In this document: in pieces, positions 1 to 10,088 of the stretch
How positions within the stretch are numbered: the stretch's first letter is position 1
Layout of the letters: each line of letters opens with the position of its first letter
Source: Oscillospiraceae bacterium
GTDB lineage: Bacteria; Bacillota; Clostridia; Oscillospirales; Ruminococcaceae
Assembly (NCBI GenBank): GCA_047973285.1
Contig: JBKEBR010000259.1
Location: forward strand, 1 to 29,650
Length of the DNA: 29,650 nt
Reading direction: 5' to 3'
Program-made: the position numbers and the translations under genes
Notes under the pieces: generated by a model
Databases searched by the model: none
Seen by the model: only the letters and a program-made list of their open reading frames with translations
What the model was told of the DNA's origin: nothing

Positions 1-1665
1 CCCAATGGGCACCAGGGTAACCTGGGTGGGCATCAGCCAGGTGGGCCGGGCGCCCGCGTATTTTTCCAGCAGCAGGGCAATGGTGCGCTCGTAGCAGCCA
101 ATGGAAGAGCGGTGAATGATACAGGGAATTTTGTCGCTGCCGTCGCTGTCGGTATAGGCCATGCCGTAGCGCTTGGCCACCAGCATGTCAATTTGAATGG
201 TAATCATGGTGTCTTCTTTGCCGTACACGTTGCGAATTTGAATGTCCAGCTTAGGGCCGTAGAAGGCGGCTTCGCCTTCGGCCTCCACATAGGTAAGGCC
301 AAGGTGGTCTAAAATGCGGCGCATGGTATCCTGCGTTTCTTCCCACTGCTCGGGGGTTCCCTCGTATTTGCTTTTGTTGTTGGGGTCCCATTTGCTGAAA
401 CGGTAGCTCACGTCCTCGGCAAGGCCCAGGGTTTCCAAAATGTATTTGGATTCCGAAAGGCAATCGCGGAACTCCTGCTCCACCTGGTCGGGGCGGGCAA
501 CAATGTGCCCGTCTGCCAGGGTAAACTGGCGCACCCGAATAAGCCCGTGCATCTCGCCCGAATCCTCATTGCGGAAAAGAGGGCTGGTTTCGCTGTAGCG
601 CAGGGGCAAATCGCGGTAGCTGCGCTTGCGGCTCAAATAAATTTGGTATTGAAAGGGGCAGGTCATGGGGCGCAGGGCAAAAACTTCCTTGTCTTTTTCT
701 TCGTCGCCCAGCACAAACATGCCCTCGCGGTAATGGTCCCAGTGGCCGCTTATCTTGTACAAATCGCTTTTGGCCATAGAGGGGGTTCTGGTAAGCAGAT
801 AGCCCCGTTTTTCATCCTCGTCCTCAATCCAGCGGCTTAAAAGCTGAAAAACCTTGGCGCCGTTGGGCATCAGCAGGGGCAGGCCCTGGCCAATTACATC
901 CACCGTGGTAAAATATTCCAGCTCGCGGCCAATTTTGTTGTGGTCGCGCTTGCGGGCTTCCTCCACCATGGTAAGGTAGGCGTCCAGCTCGGCCTGTTTC
1001 GGGTAGGCGGTACCGTACACCCGGCTCAGCATGGGCTTGGTGGAATCTCCGTGCCAATAGGCGCCGGTGGCGCTGGTAAGCTTAAAGGCCTTTACCGGCG
1101 AAGTGTCCATTAAATGGGGGCCTGCGCAAAGGTCGGTAAACTCGCCCTGGCGGTACAGGCTAATTTTCTCACCGGCCTCGGCATGCTTTTGCAGCAGCTC
1201 CAGCTTATAGGGCTGGTCCTTGAAAAGGGCCTCGGCCTCGGCGGGGCTTACCTCCAGCCGCTCTATGGGCAGGGCTTCCTTCACAATTTTTTTCATTTCG
1301 GCTTCAATTGCGGCCAAATTGTCGTTGGTAAACGGGGGCGTTACGTCAAAATCGTAATAAAAGCCGTTTTCAATGGCGGGGCCAATGGCAATTTTGGCGT
1401 TTGGGTACAGCCGCAGCACGGCCTGCGCTAAAATATGGCTGGCAGAATGCCAAAAGGCATGGCGGCCAAATTTGTCGGCAAAGGTGCAAATTTCAAGGCT
1501 GCAATCCTGCGTAAGGGGGGTGCGCAAATCTACCTCTTGGCCGTTTACCCGCGCCGCACAGGCCGATTTGTACAGCCCCATGCCAATGTTTTTGGCGGCC
1601 TCGGCGGCGGTAATGCCGGCGGCCTCCTGGCGCACGCTGCCGTCTTTTAACGTAATTTGAATCAT
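1..1665 (-). CDS. thrS: Threonine--tRNA ligase, 3' end beyond the window
   Basis: Reverse frame from ATG 1665 reads MIQITLKDGSVRQE... and contains WHSASHILAQAV..IGPAIENGFYYDFD, DLCAGPH, GAYWHGD, RDHNKIGRE, LRPMTCP, GEAAFYGPKLD and IHRSSIGCYER. RBS GAGGAG upstream and a Thr T-box in the leader. Confidence 0.97.
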   Translation of the reverse strand, partial: MIQITLKDGSVRQEAAGITAAEAAKNIGMGLYKSACAARVNGQEVDLRTPLTQDCSLEICTFADKFGRHAFWHSASHILAQAVLRLYPNAKIAIGPAIENGFYYDFDVTPPFTNDNLAAIEAEMKKIVKEALPIERLEVSPAEAEALFKDQPYKLELLQKHAEAGEKISLYRQGEFTDLCAGPHLMDTSPVKAFKLTSATGAYWHGDSTKPMLSRVYGTAYPKQAELDAYLTMVEEARKRDHNKIGRELEYFTTVDVIGQGLPLLMPNGAKVFQLLSRWIEDEDEKRGYLLTRTPSMAKSDLYKISGHWDHYREGMFVLGDEEKDKEVFALRPMTCPFQYQIYLSRKRSYRDLPLRYSETSPLFRNEDSGEMHGLIRVRQFTLADGHIVARPDQVEQEFRDCLSESKYILETLGLAEDVSYRFSKWDPNNKSKYEGTPEQWEETQDTMRRILDHLGLTYVEAEGEAAFYGPKLDIQIRNVYGKEDTMITIQIDMLVAKRYGMAYTDSDGSDKIPCIIHRSSIGCYERTIALLLEKYAGARPTWLMPTQVTLVPIG

Positions 1666-1729
1666 TCCGGTTGTCTCCTCTCTTTTTGGGCAAAGCATTT
1701 ACTAATGGCAAAAGGCCGGAAAAGGCAAT

Positions 1730-1966
1730 AAAAAAACACCCCGGCCCTGCAAAAACAGGATCGGGGTGAGAAAGTCCCACGGTTCCACCCGAATTACGCA
1801 GCCAGGCTACGCCACTCTTGTATGCGGTAACGGGCAAACCCGGCAAAAGTTCGCTTTTGCAGCGTGCAGTACGGTGGTAAGCGGGCGGTGGCGGCCTGGG
1901 CGGCTTTCAGCACACGCCGCCCTCTCTGCAAAGCCCGCACCGCGGCTCGTGTCCGCGTCATTGCTT
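1730..1966 (-). ncRNA. T-box riboswitch, Thr (ACC) specifier
   Basis: Minus strand: AGAGA and GCTGAAA stem I motifs, specifier ACC-A at 1878-1875, T-box AATTCGGGTGGAACCGTGGG (1795-1776), then terminator CACCCCGATCCTG-TTTTTG-CAGGGCCGGGGTG-TTTTTTT (1768-1730). Confidence 0.93.
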
Positions 1967-1972
1967 TGCTTC

Positions 1973-2001
1973 ATGGTAGCACTAAGCGCCGGTGCTGTCA
2001 A
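1973..2001 (-). promoter_or_regulatory. SigA promoter of thrS
   Basis: TTGACA (2001-1996), 17 bp spacer, TG-extended TACCAT (1978-1973), immediately before T-box stem I. Confidence 0.85.
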
Positions 2002-2457
2002 GAAAAAGTGGGTTTCCCCCGCAAACAGCCCCGCCAAAGGCCTTTTTGTTAAAAGCGCAAGCGGCAATAACAGCAAAGTGCAAATAAAGTGTGAAAAAAC
2101 AAAGGCAATAAAACACACAAAACAGTGGCCCGGCTGTTTGCAATTTTTAAAAATGGGCTGCAAGGGCGGAAATGCACGGGCAAAGGATTAAAACAAAAGG
2201 CTTTGAAAAGAGGGAGGAGGCCGCCCTGTTAATGATAAGGCAGCGCCATACCCGAAACGCGCCTTTCTTTAGGGTTACCACCCCTGCATGCTCAATGGCG
2301 GCGGCAATGAACGAAAAATTAAAAAGCCATAAGCAGCATAAACAGAAAGAAAAAGAAAAAACAAGGCAATTCCCGGCAAAGGCAAGGCGCCCGGGCTGCA
2401 ATAAAAAAATGCCGGCGGCCCGGCATGGCAACAGGCTGGGGCGCTCGCCGTGGCCTT

Positions 2458-2498
2458 GCCGCAAAGGCCGCAGCACAAAGGTTTGCGGCCTTTGCGGC
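2458..2498. repeat. Perfect 15-bp inverted repeat
   Basis: GCCGCAAAGGCCGCA - 11 nt - TGCGGCCTTTGCGGC. Confidence 0.85.
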
Positions 2499-2585
2499 GG
2501 GGTTTGGGGGTGCAAAAAGAGTAAATATTTTTGGCGGCTGCCACGGCAAAGAGGTTTTTGCGCGCAGCCCCGTTCCAAACTTTTC

Positions 2586-2614
2586 TTGACAACATTTCAT
2601 TTGGGTTTTACAAT
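2586..2614 (+). promoter_or_regulatory. SigA promoter upstream of rny
   Basis: TTGACA (2586-2591), 17 bp spacer, TACAAT (2609-2614). Confidence 0.8.
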
Positions 2615-2903
2615 GTTACCATGGTGTAATATGTAAGAGCATGAAATGGTATGCTGCTCTTCGTGTAACCACCTCTCCAACAATTTACAAAAAATGAATT
2701 TTATTACAGCAAAATGTGGGAAAAACCCGCTTTAAAAACCATTCGGGGATATTTCAGTTGCCGCCCGCTGCGGCAAGGCCGGTGTAACCAAAACACCCTT
2801 TCTTTTGTGTTGCTTGCAGCTTACCTGTGCAAACCGGCCGCCAATGTTAAAACGGCGTAAAATTGAAAGCCCCAACTTTATTACTTTTAAGGAGTTGAGC
2901 CCT

Positions 2904-4457
2904 TTGCCAGTATGGATTGCCATCCTGGTGGCGGTTGTTGTGGGCATTTTGGCAGGTGTGGTCGCCTTTAACCTTGGGGTGATGTATCGCAAGCGCACTG
3001 CCGAGCAGGCCATTGGGTCTGCGGAAGAACAAGCCAGAAAAATACTCAACGATGCCATCAAAGAACAGGAACAAATGAAAAAGGCGGCGCTGGTTGAAGC
3101 AAAAGACCAGGCCTACCAACTGAAACAGGAAGCAGAAAAAGAAGTAAAAGAGCGCCGCGCCGAGGTTACTCGGCAGGAGCGCAGGCTGGACCAGAAGGAA
3201 GAAGCCATTGACCGGAAAACCGAAGCGCTGGAAAAACGCGAGGAAGAAGTAAAACAAAAGCTGACACTGGCCGAGGCCCGCCTTGCGGAAATAGACCAGA
3301 TGAAGGAGCGGGAGCTGGAGAAGCTGGAGGCGGTTGCCTCGCTTACCCAGGAGGAAGCCCGCAAGCTGCTGCTTTCCCGCCTGGATGAGGAGCTTGTTCA
3401 CGACAAGGCCGTGCGAATTACCAGCTTTGAAACCCAAATTAAAGACGAGGCCGACGATTTGGCCCGCAACCTCATCAGCCAGGCCATTGCCCGCTGCGCG
3501 GCCGACCATTCCAGCGAGGCCACGGTTTCGGTGGTGGCCCTGCCCAGCGATGAAATGAAGGGCCGCATTATTGGCCGCGAGGGCCGCAATATTCGCGCGC
3601 TGGAAACCGCCACCGGGGTAGACCTTATTATTGACGATACCCCCGAGGCCATTACCCTTTCCAGCTTCGACCCGGTGCGCCGCGAGGTGGCCCGCCAAAC
3701 CCTTGAAAAGCTGATTGCCGACGGGCGCATTCACCCCGCCCGCATTGAGGAAACCGTAGAAAAATGCCGCCGCGACTTAGAACTTGTTATGAAGCGCGAA
3801 GGCGAAAAGGCGGTGCTGGAGGTTGGCGTGCACAGCGTGCACCCCGACATTGTAAAGCTGCTGGGCCGCTTGCGGTACCGCACCAGCTATGGCCAGAATG
3901 TGCTGAACCACTCGCTGGAGGTTGCCTATCTTTCGGGCATTATGGCGGCAGAGCTTGGCGTAAATGTTACCCAGGCAAAGCGGGCCGGCCTTTTGCACGA
4001 CATTGGCAAGGCGCTTGACCACGAAATTGAGGGCAGCCATGTGCAAATTGGCGTGGATATTGCCAAAAAGTATAAAGAAAGCCCCGCCGTTATTCACGCC
4101 ATTGAGGCCCACCACGGCGACGTGGAGGCAAAAACCCCGCTGGCCTTTATTGTTATGGCGGCCGACGCCATTTCAGCCGCCCGCCCGGGTGCCCGCCGCG
4201 AAAACCTGGAAAGCTATATCAAACGGCTGGAGAACCTCGAGGAAATTGCCAACAGCTTTGGCGGCGTAGAGAGCAGCTTTGCCATTCAGGCGGGCCGCGA
4301 AGTGCGCATTATGGTAAAGCCGGACCAGGTGAACGACGACCAGCTGGTGCTTTTGGCCCGCGAAATCAGCCAGAAGATTGAAAACGAGCTGGACTACCCC
4401 GGCCAAATTAAAATTAATGTAATGCGCGAAAGCCGTGCCATTGATTATGCAAAGTAA
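2904..4457 (+). CDS. rny: Ribonuclease Y
   Basis: N-terminal TM helix, coiled coil, KH motif [19 protein letters not shown] and HD domain (HSLEV...LLHDIGK...[12 protein letters not shown]). TTG start chosen because AAGGAG lies at 2889-2894. Confidence 0.97.
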   Translation: MPVWIAILVAVVVGILAGVVAFNLGVMYRKRTAEQAIGSAEEQARKILNDAIKEQEQMKKAALVEAKDQAYQLKQEAEKEVKERRAEVTRQERRLDQKEEAIDRKTEALEKREEEVKQKLTLAEARLAEIDQMKERELEKLEAVASLTQEEARKLLLSRLDEELVHDKAVRITSFETQIKDEADDLARNLISQAIARCAADHSSEATVSVVALPSDEMKGRIIGREGRNIRALETATGVDLIIDDTPEAITLSSFDPVRREVARQTLEKLIADGRIHPARIEETVEKCRRDLELVMKREGEKAVLEVGVHSVHPDIVKLLGRLRYRTSYGQNVLNHSLEVAYLSGIMAAELGVNVTQAKRAGLLHDIGKALDHEIEGSHVQIGVDIAKKYKESPAVIHAIEAHHGDVEAKTPLAFIVMAADAISAARPGARRENLESYIKRLENLEEIANSFGGVESSFAIQAGREVRIMVKPDQVNDDQLVLLAREISQKIENELDYPGQIKINVMRESRAIDYAK

Positions 4458-4474
4458 CAAAGCAGAATAACCAT

Positions 4475-4507
4475 AAGCGCCGGACGCCGCAAGGGGCCCG
4501 GCGCTTT
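4475..4507 (+). terminator. Hairpin or weak terminator between rny and ymdB
   Basis: AAGCGCCGG...CCGGCGCTT with only a short T tract. Confidence 0.55.
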
Positions 4508-4562
4508 GCTGTTGAAAATTCGGTTTTGGGGGCGTGTGGGCGCTGAAAAAAGGAGAAAAACA

Positions 4563-5345
4563 ATGAAGGTGTTGTGCGTGGGCGACGTGGTGGGCGATGC
4601 AGGCCTTGCATTTTTATGCGAAACCCTGCCCGCCTTAAAGCAGGAAACCGGGGCAGATTTGGTGGTGGTAAACGGCGAAAACAGCGACAAATCCGGCACG
4701 GGGCTTTCCCGCGCGGGCGCCGAAACCCTGCTGCAATACGCCGACGTAATTACCACCGGCAACCACTGCTACCGCCGGGCGGGGGAGGAGCTGTACATGG
4801 AAAATGAAATGGTGCTGCACCCGGCCAATTTCCCGTACACCTCGCCCGAGGCAGGCTGCTGCCTGGTAGACCTTGGCCGCTTTGGCAGCGCCCGGGTAAT
4901 TAACCTGGCGGGGGTGGCCTGGATGGAACCGATTGACAACCCTTTCGCCCGCCTGGATGAGCTTTTGGGTTATGGGCAGGCGCGCTACACCATTGTAGAT
5001 TTTCATGCCGAGTCCACCGCCGAAAAAAAGGCCTTTGCCTTTTTTGCAGACGGCCGGGTAAGCGCCGTATTCGGCACCCACACCCACGTGCAAACCGCCG
5101 ACGAGCAAATTTTGCCAAAGGGCACCGGCTTTATCACCGATGTAGGCATGACCGGCCCCGAAATCAGCGTGCTGGGGGTAGAGCCCGCGTTGGCGGTTAA
5201 AAAGCAGCAAACCCACCAAATGGTGGCGTTTAAAGTGGCCGAGGGCTCCTGCATACTGAATGCCGTGCTTTTTTCGCTGGATGAGAAAACCGGCCTGTGC
5301 ACCGCAGTACAGCGCATTTGCAAACGCCCCTACGCGCCGCATTAA
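4563..5345 (+). CDS. ymdB: YmdB/TIGR00282-family metallophosphoesterase
   Basis: Motifs GDVVG, VNGEN, ITTGNH, DFHAESTAEK, GTHTHVQTADE and TDVGMTGP. Canonical position after rny; RBS AGGAG. Confidence 0.93.
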   Translation: MKVLCVGDVVGDAGLAFLCETLPALKQETGADLVVVNGENSDKSGTGLSRAGAETLLQYADVITTGNHCYRRAGEELYMENEMVLHPANFPYTSPEAGCCLVDLGRFGSARVINLAGVAWMEPIDNPFARLDELLGYGQARYTIVDFHAESTAEKKAFAFFADGRVSAVFGTHTHVQTADEQILPKGTGFITDVGMTGPEISVLGVEPALAVKKQQTHQMVAFKVAEGSCILNAVLFSLDEKTGLCTAVQRICKRPYAPH

Positions 5346-5446
5346 GGGGCAATACCGCCCGGCCTTTGGCAAACAACAAATACGGCGCGGCAAAGGGGCC
5401 TTGGCCGCCCTGCCCGCCATTGAATACAGAAAGGTGGAATCTCCAC

Positions 5447-7045
5447 TTGACAACCAGGCAACAAATAGAGCGCCGGCGCACCTTTGCCATTATCAGCCAC
5501 CCCGACGCAGGCAAAACCACCCTTACGGAAAAGCTGCTGCTGTACGGGGGCGCCATCAACCTTGCGGGCAGCGTGAAGGGCAAAAAAACCGCGCGCCACG
5601 CCGTAAGCGACTGGATGGAAATAGAAAAGCAGCGCGGTATTTCGGTTACCAGCAGCGTTTTGCAGTTTGAATACAACGGCTTTTGCGTGAATATTCTGGA
5701 TACCCCCGGCCACCAGGACTTTTCGGAGGACACCTACCGCACCCTTATGGCGGCCGATTCCGCCGTTATGGTTATCGACGCGGCCAAAGGGGTAGAGGCG
5801 CAAACCAAAAAGCTGTTCAAGGTTTGCGTTATGCGCAACATTCCCATTTTCACCTTTGTCAACAAAATGGACCGGGAGGCAAAAAGCCCGCTGGACCTGT
5901 TGCAGGACATTGAAGATGTGCTGGGCATCGACACCTACCCCATGAACTGGCCGGTGGGCAGCGGCAAGGAATTTAAAGGCGTGTACGACCGCGGGCGCAA
6001 AGAAATTCTGGCGTTTGAACCGGTGCAAAGCGGCGTAAAGCAGGTGCGCACCATAGAGGCAAAGCTGGGCGATGCCAATTTGGATGCCCTTATTGGCGAA
6101 AGCTTCCACCAAACCCTGGCCGACGACGTGGACCTTTTGGAGGGGGCCGGTACCGAGTTTGATTTGCAGGCCGTTTTAAAGGGCCGCCTTACCCCGGTGT
6201 TTTTTGGTTCGGCCCTCACCAATTTTGGGGTAGAGCCTTTCCTGGAAGAATTTTTGCGCCTTACCCCAACGCCCCTGCCCCGCAACAGCCAAACCGGCGT
6301 GGTAGACCCCTTTTCACCCAATTTTTCAGCCTTTGTATTCAAAATACAGGCCAATATGAACAAGGCCCACCGCGACAGAATTGCCTTTCTGCGCATTTGC
6401 TCGGGCAAGTTTGAAAAGGGCATGGAGGTGTACCATGTGCAGCAGGGCAAGGAAATTAAAATTTCCCAGCCCCAGCAAATGATGGCGGAGGAGCGGGAAA
6501 TTGTAGACGAGGCCTACGCCGGTGATATTCTGGGTGTGTTCGACCCCGGTATTTTTTCCATTGGCGATACCCTTGTGGCGGGGAAGGATACCTTTGCCTT
6601 CGAGGGCATTCCCACCTTTGCCCCCGAGCATTTTGCCCAGTTGCGCCAAACCGATACCATGAAGCGCAAACAGTTTGTAAAAGGCATCAGCCAAATTGCC
6701 CAGGAGGGCGCCATTCAAATTTTTAAGGACATTGGCGGCGGTATGGAAGAGGTAATTGTGGGGGCCGTGGGCACCCTGCAATTCGATGTGCTGGAATACC
6801 GGCTTAAAAATGAATACGGGGTAGACATTCGCCTGCAAAACCTGCCCTACCAGCACATACGCTGGATAGAAAAAAGCGAGAAGGAAGTAAAAGACCTTGA
6901 CCTCACCAGCGACTCCAGAAGAATAGAGGATTTAAAGGGCAAAAAGCTGCTGCTGTTCACCAGCTTCTGGAATGTGGCCTGGGCGGAAGAGCATAACCAG
7001 GGCCTTGTGCTATCGGAATTTGGCCGGGCGGAAGAATTGAAATAA
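5447..7045 (+). CDS. prfC: Peptide chain release factor 3
   Basis: RRRTFAIISHPDAGKTTLTEKLL, SDWMEIEKQRGISV, DTPGHQDFSEDTYR and FKIQANM..HRDRIAF. TTG start after GAAAGGTGG. Confidence 0.97.
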   Translation: MTTRQQIERRRTFAIISHPDAGKTTLTEKLLLYGGAINLAGSVKGKKTARHAVSDWMEIEKQRGISVTSSVLQFEYNGFCVNILDTPGHQDFSEDTYRTLMAADSAVMVIDAAKGVEAQTKKLFKVCVMRNIPIFTFVNKMDREAKSPLDLLQDIEDVLGIDTYPMNWPVGSGKEFKGVYDRGRKEILAFEPVQSGVKQVRTIEAKLGDANLDALIGESFHQTLADDVDLLEGAGTEFDLQAVLKGRLTPVFFGSALTNFGVEPFLEEFLRLTPTPLPRNSQTGVVDPFSPNFSAFVFKIQANMNKAHRDRIAFLRICSGKFEKGMEVYHVQQGKEIKISQPQQMMAEEREIVDEAYAGDILGVFDPGIFSIGDTLVAGKDTFAFEGIPTFAPEHFAQLRQTDTMKRKQFVKGISQIAQEGAIQIFKDIGGGMEEVIVGAVGTLQFDVLEYRLKNEYGVDIRLQNLPYQHIRWIEKSEKEVKDLDLTSDSRRIEDLKGKKLLLFTSFWNVAWAEEHNQGLVLSEFGRAEELK

Positions 7046-7048
7046 GGC

Positions 7049-7096
7049 AAAATGCCGCCGCTGCCACCGGCCAAGGCCGGAGACGGCGGCATTTTT
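7049..7096 (+). terminator. Intrinsic terminator after prfC
   Basis: AAAATGCCGCCG...CGGCGGCATTTTT. Confidence 0.8.
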
Positions 7097-7184
7097 GTGA
7101 AACTTTCCTTGAAGTATCACAATTATAAGGTATAAAATAGGTAAAAGAATAACATTGGTGGAACAGCGGCGGTACAAAGGGGAG

Positions 7185-7994
7185 ATGGAAGTGGAACAGC
7201 CTTTGGTAAGCATTATTATACCGGTTTTCAACACGGCCCAGCACCTGGCCACCTGTTTAGAGAGCGTGCGCAGGCAAACCTACCGCAATTTGGAAATTCT
7301 TCTGGTAAACGACGGCAGCAAAGACGCCAGCAGGCACATCATCAATATGTACGCCGGTGTAGACAAACGCATTGTGGCCATCAACAAGCAAAACGGCGGG
7401 ATTTCGGCCAGCCGCAACTTTGCCCTGTGCCGCGCCAAAGGGGAGTATATCCAGTTTGCCGACAGCGACGACTACCTGGACGAAAACGCAACCCGCCTGA
7501 TGGTGGAAAAGGCCCAGCAGAACAAGGCAGACCTTGTAATTGCCCACTACTGCCATGTGTACAAGCAGGAAGTGAAGGTGCATGGCTTTTTGCGCACCGC
7601 CGACGCCATAGACAAAAATGCCTTTGCCCTGCAGCTTATGGAAGAGCCCGCCAGCTTTTATTATGGCGTAATGTGGAACAAGCTGTACCGGGCCGACATT
7701 ATTCACCAACACAACATTCGCTGCAACGAGGCCTTTTCCTGGAGCGAAGACTTTTTGTTTAACCTGGAATACATTCGGTATGCAAACCGGTTTGTTGCCC
7801 TTAAAACCCCTGTGTACTATTATGTGTACAATGAAAAAAGCATTCTGCACAGCCAAATAAAAACGTTGGATGTGCTGCAAAGCAAGCTGGAGCTGTTCAC
7901 CTATTACAAAGAGCTGTACCAAAAGCTGGGCCTATACGAAAAATTCCGCCCTCAAATTTACAGGTACCTGCTCTCTTCGGCAGAGCATTCCTAG
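7185..7994 (+). CDS. Glycosyltransferase family 2
   Basis: VSIIIPVFN, LVNDGSKD, NGGISASRN, DxD motif FADSDDY, VMWNKLY and EDFLFNLEY. Start may instead be GTG 7191. Confidence 0.92.
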   Translation: MEVEQPLVSIIIPVFNTAQHLATCLESVRRQTYRNLEILLVNDGSKDASRHIINMYAGVDKRIVAINKQNGGISASRNFALCRAKGEYIQFADSDDYLDENATRLMVEKAQQNKADLVIAHYCHVYKQEVKVHGFLRTADAIDKNAFALQLMEEPASFYYGVMWNKLYRADIIHQHNIRCNEAFSWSEDFLFNLEYIRYANRFVALKTPVYYYVYNEKSILHSQIKTLDVLQSKLELFTYYKELYQKLGLYEKFRPQIYRYLLSSAEHS

Positions 7995-8061
7995 GCGGGC
8001 CCGGCGGCAGGCCGCTTCGCAAGGCGCCTTGGGCAATTTATAAAAAACGGAGGGATGGCCT

Positions 8062-8952
8062 GTGCGGCAAAAAATGCTGTTTATTTTTAACCCAAACACC
8101 GGCGGCGGGCGGCTGCGCAGCCGCCTGATGCAAATATTGTGCCATTTCTCGGCCCAGGGGTATGAGGCCACCGTTTACCCCACGGCGGGCCCGGGCGACG
8201 CCCGCCGCATTGCCCGGGAGGAAGGCGAAAAATACAGCCTGGTGGTTTGCTGCGGCGGCGACGGCACCCTGAACGAAGTGGCAGGCGGGCTGGTGTAGTG
8301 CAAAAAACCGCCCGAGCTTGGGTACATTCCCGGCGGCACCACCAACGATTTTGCCTCCTCTCTTGGGGTGCCCAGAGCCAATATGCTGCTGGCGGCCGAA
8401 CGGGCCGTTTGCCCCAAAAAGGTAATAGAGTGTGATATTGGCAGCGCCAACGGCCAATTTTTTACCTATGTGGCGGCCTTTGGCGCCTTTACCGATGTTG
8501 CCTACAGCACCCCGCAGGCCTTTAAAAATATGTTCGGCTATTTTGCCTACATTGCCGAAGCGGCCCAAAAGCTGCCGGGGCTGCGCGCCTATAAAATGCA
8601 CATTAAAACCCCCCGGCAGGAATTTACCGACGAATATATTTTTGGAATGGTTTCCAACTCCACCTCGGTGGGGGGCATGTCCTTCATGAAAAAAAACAAG
8701 GTGCACATGGATGACGGCATTTTTGAGCTGCTGCTTATTCGCAACCCGCAAAACTTAAGCGACCTTGGCCAGCTTTCGGGTGCTTTGCTGAAGAAGGACA
8801 CCTCGTCTCCTTGGCTGGTAAGCCTGCAAACCGGTACGCTGGAAATTGCCGCGGAAGAACCTGTTCCCTGGACGCTGGACGGTGAATTCGGCGGCAAAAT
8901 GCAAACCGCAAGCATACAGGTGCTGCAAAAGGCGCTGAAAATAAGAGCATAG
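8062..8952 (+). pseudogene. Diacylglycerol/lipid kinase family (YegS/DgkB-like) gene interrupted by an in-frame TAG at 8296-8298
   Basis: A single frame reads FIFNPNTG...CCGGDGTLNEVAGGLV*CKKPPELGYIPGGTTNDFASSLG...DDGIFELL...WTLDGEFGG. ORFs 8062-8298 and 8368-8952 are in the same frame. Confidence 0.85.
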
Positions 8953-9119
8953 CGCCTGCGGCGCGGGGCAATTTTGCCCATGGCTGGCGGCCCGTGCGGG
9001 CCGGGGCTTGTGCGGCGGCGGGTTTTGGAATACACTGTTTTAAAAGAACCATAAAGCAAGGGAAATAACTGCCTTGTTTTGCAAAGGCATATTTTAAACA
9101 AACAAAAGGGAGAAATGGA

Positions 9120-9938
9120 ATGGGCCTGTTTAAAAGCAACTACAACAAGCCGGGGCCGGGTGTGCCGAAAAATGCCCCCAAAAAGAAAGGCTTCTCGCGG
9201 TTTTTGGAAATACTAAGCCGGGACCTTGGCAACCTGGTAAAACTGAACATTTTGCTGCAGCTGTGCTACCTGCCCGCACAGGTATGCTTTTTGCTTGCCT
9301 TTTACAACCTCATCAGCGGGCAGGGGCAGAATTTTATTTTATTCGGGCTGCTGGCCCTTGTGGCCAGCTTTCCCGTGGGGGCGGCCCGCACCGCTGAAAG
9401 CCACCTAATGGGCAAAATAATGCGCGATGAACCGGGTTTTTTGTGGCACGACTTTAAAAAGACCTTCAAAGAAAACTTTGTGCACCAAATAGTGCCGGGC
9501 ATGCTGTATGCCCTCATTCTTGGCTCGCAGGTTTTGGCGGTGGTGTATTACACGGCGGGGGCTTCCTCCATCAGCGTTGTGTGGGTGGCGGCGTTCATCG
9601 CCTCGGTGGTTCTGTTCAGCATGGCGGCGCCCTACTTTTTTATGCAGGCGGCTTATTTAGAACTTGGCTTTGGCGCCCGCCTCAAAAACAGCTTTTTGCT
9701 GGCCCTTGGCAACGCGCCGCGCAGCCTGGCGGGCGGGCTTATTTGCCTTGCTCTTGGCGTGGCGCAGGTGCTGCTGTTTCCCTATGCGGTGCCCGTTACC
9801 CTGCTGATAGGCTACGCGCTGCCAACCCTTGTAAATGTTATGTGGGTTTGGCCCATGCTGGACAAAACCTTTAAAATTGATGAAACCCTGAAAGCCCGCA
9901 ACCAGCAAAGCCTGGACGAGGCCCTGGCAGAGGAATAA
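9120..9938 (+). CDS. DUF624/YesL-like integral membrane protein
   Basis: N-terminus MGLF..YNKPGPGVPKNAPKKKGF.RF.E, motif RDEPGFLWHDFKKTFKENF, about six hydrophobic segments, RBS GGGAG. Confidence 0.8.
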   Translation: MGLFKSNYNKPGPGVPKNAPKKKGFSRFLEILSRDLGNLVKLNILLQLCYLPAQVCFLLAFYNLISGQGQNFILFGLLALVASFPVGAARTAESHLMGKIMRDEPGFLWHDFKKTFKENFVHQIVPGMLYALILGSQVLAVVYYTAGASSISVVWVAAFIASVVLFSMAAPYFFMQAAYLELGFGARLKNSFLLALGNAPRSLAGGLICLALGVAQVLLFPYAVPVTLLIGYALPTLVNVMWVWPMLDKTFKIDETLKARNQQSLDEALAEE

Positions 9939-9950
9939 TTACAGCCAACC

Positions 9951-9986
9951 AAGCCGCCGCCCTGTTTGAATGTGGGCGGCGGCTTT
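9951..9986 (+). terminator. Intrinsic terminator after the DUF624-like gene
   Basis: AAGCCGCCGCCC...GGGCGGCGGCTTT. Confidence 0.75.
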
Positions 9987-10001
9987 ATCATGCCTTATAA
10001 T

Positions 10002-10062
10002 ATATAATTTGTAAAATATATTATATAATTATATTGACAAATTATATGGAAAATAGTAAAAT
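10002..10062 (+). promoter_or_regulatory. SigA promoter of RHH-clpB overlapped by an inverted-repeat operator candidate
   Basis: TTGACA (10034-10039), 17 bp spacer, TAAAAT (10057-10062). ATATAATTTGT (10002-10012) - N24 - ACAAATTATAT (10037-10047), plus internal palindrome ATATAATTATAT (10023-10034). Confidence 0.75.
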
Positions 10063-10088
10063 TAAAATATGCAGAAAGGGGTGGAAAA

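Noticed and set aside
1766..2636. ORFs in the thrS-rny interval (1766-2191, 2147-2578, 2172-2636 and others)
   Set aside because: Low-complexity Lys/Arg/Cys/Phe-rich translations with no motifs or convincing RBS; some overlap the T-box or promoters.
2615..2810. 6S RNA upstream of rny
   Set aside because: I could not form the long rod with a central bubble by pairing the 5' and 3' ends; only local hairpins are evident. An Infernal search is needed to exclude it fully.
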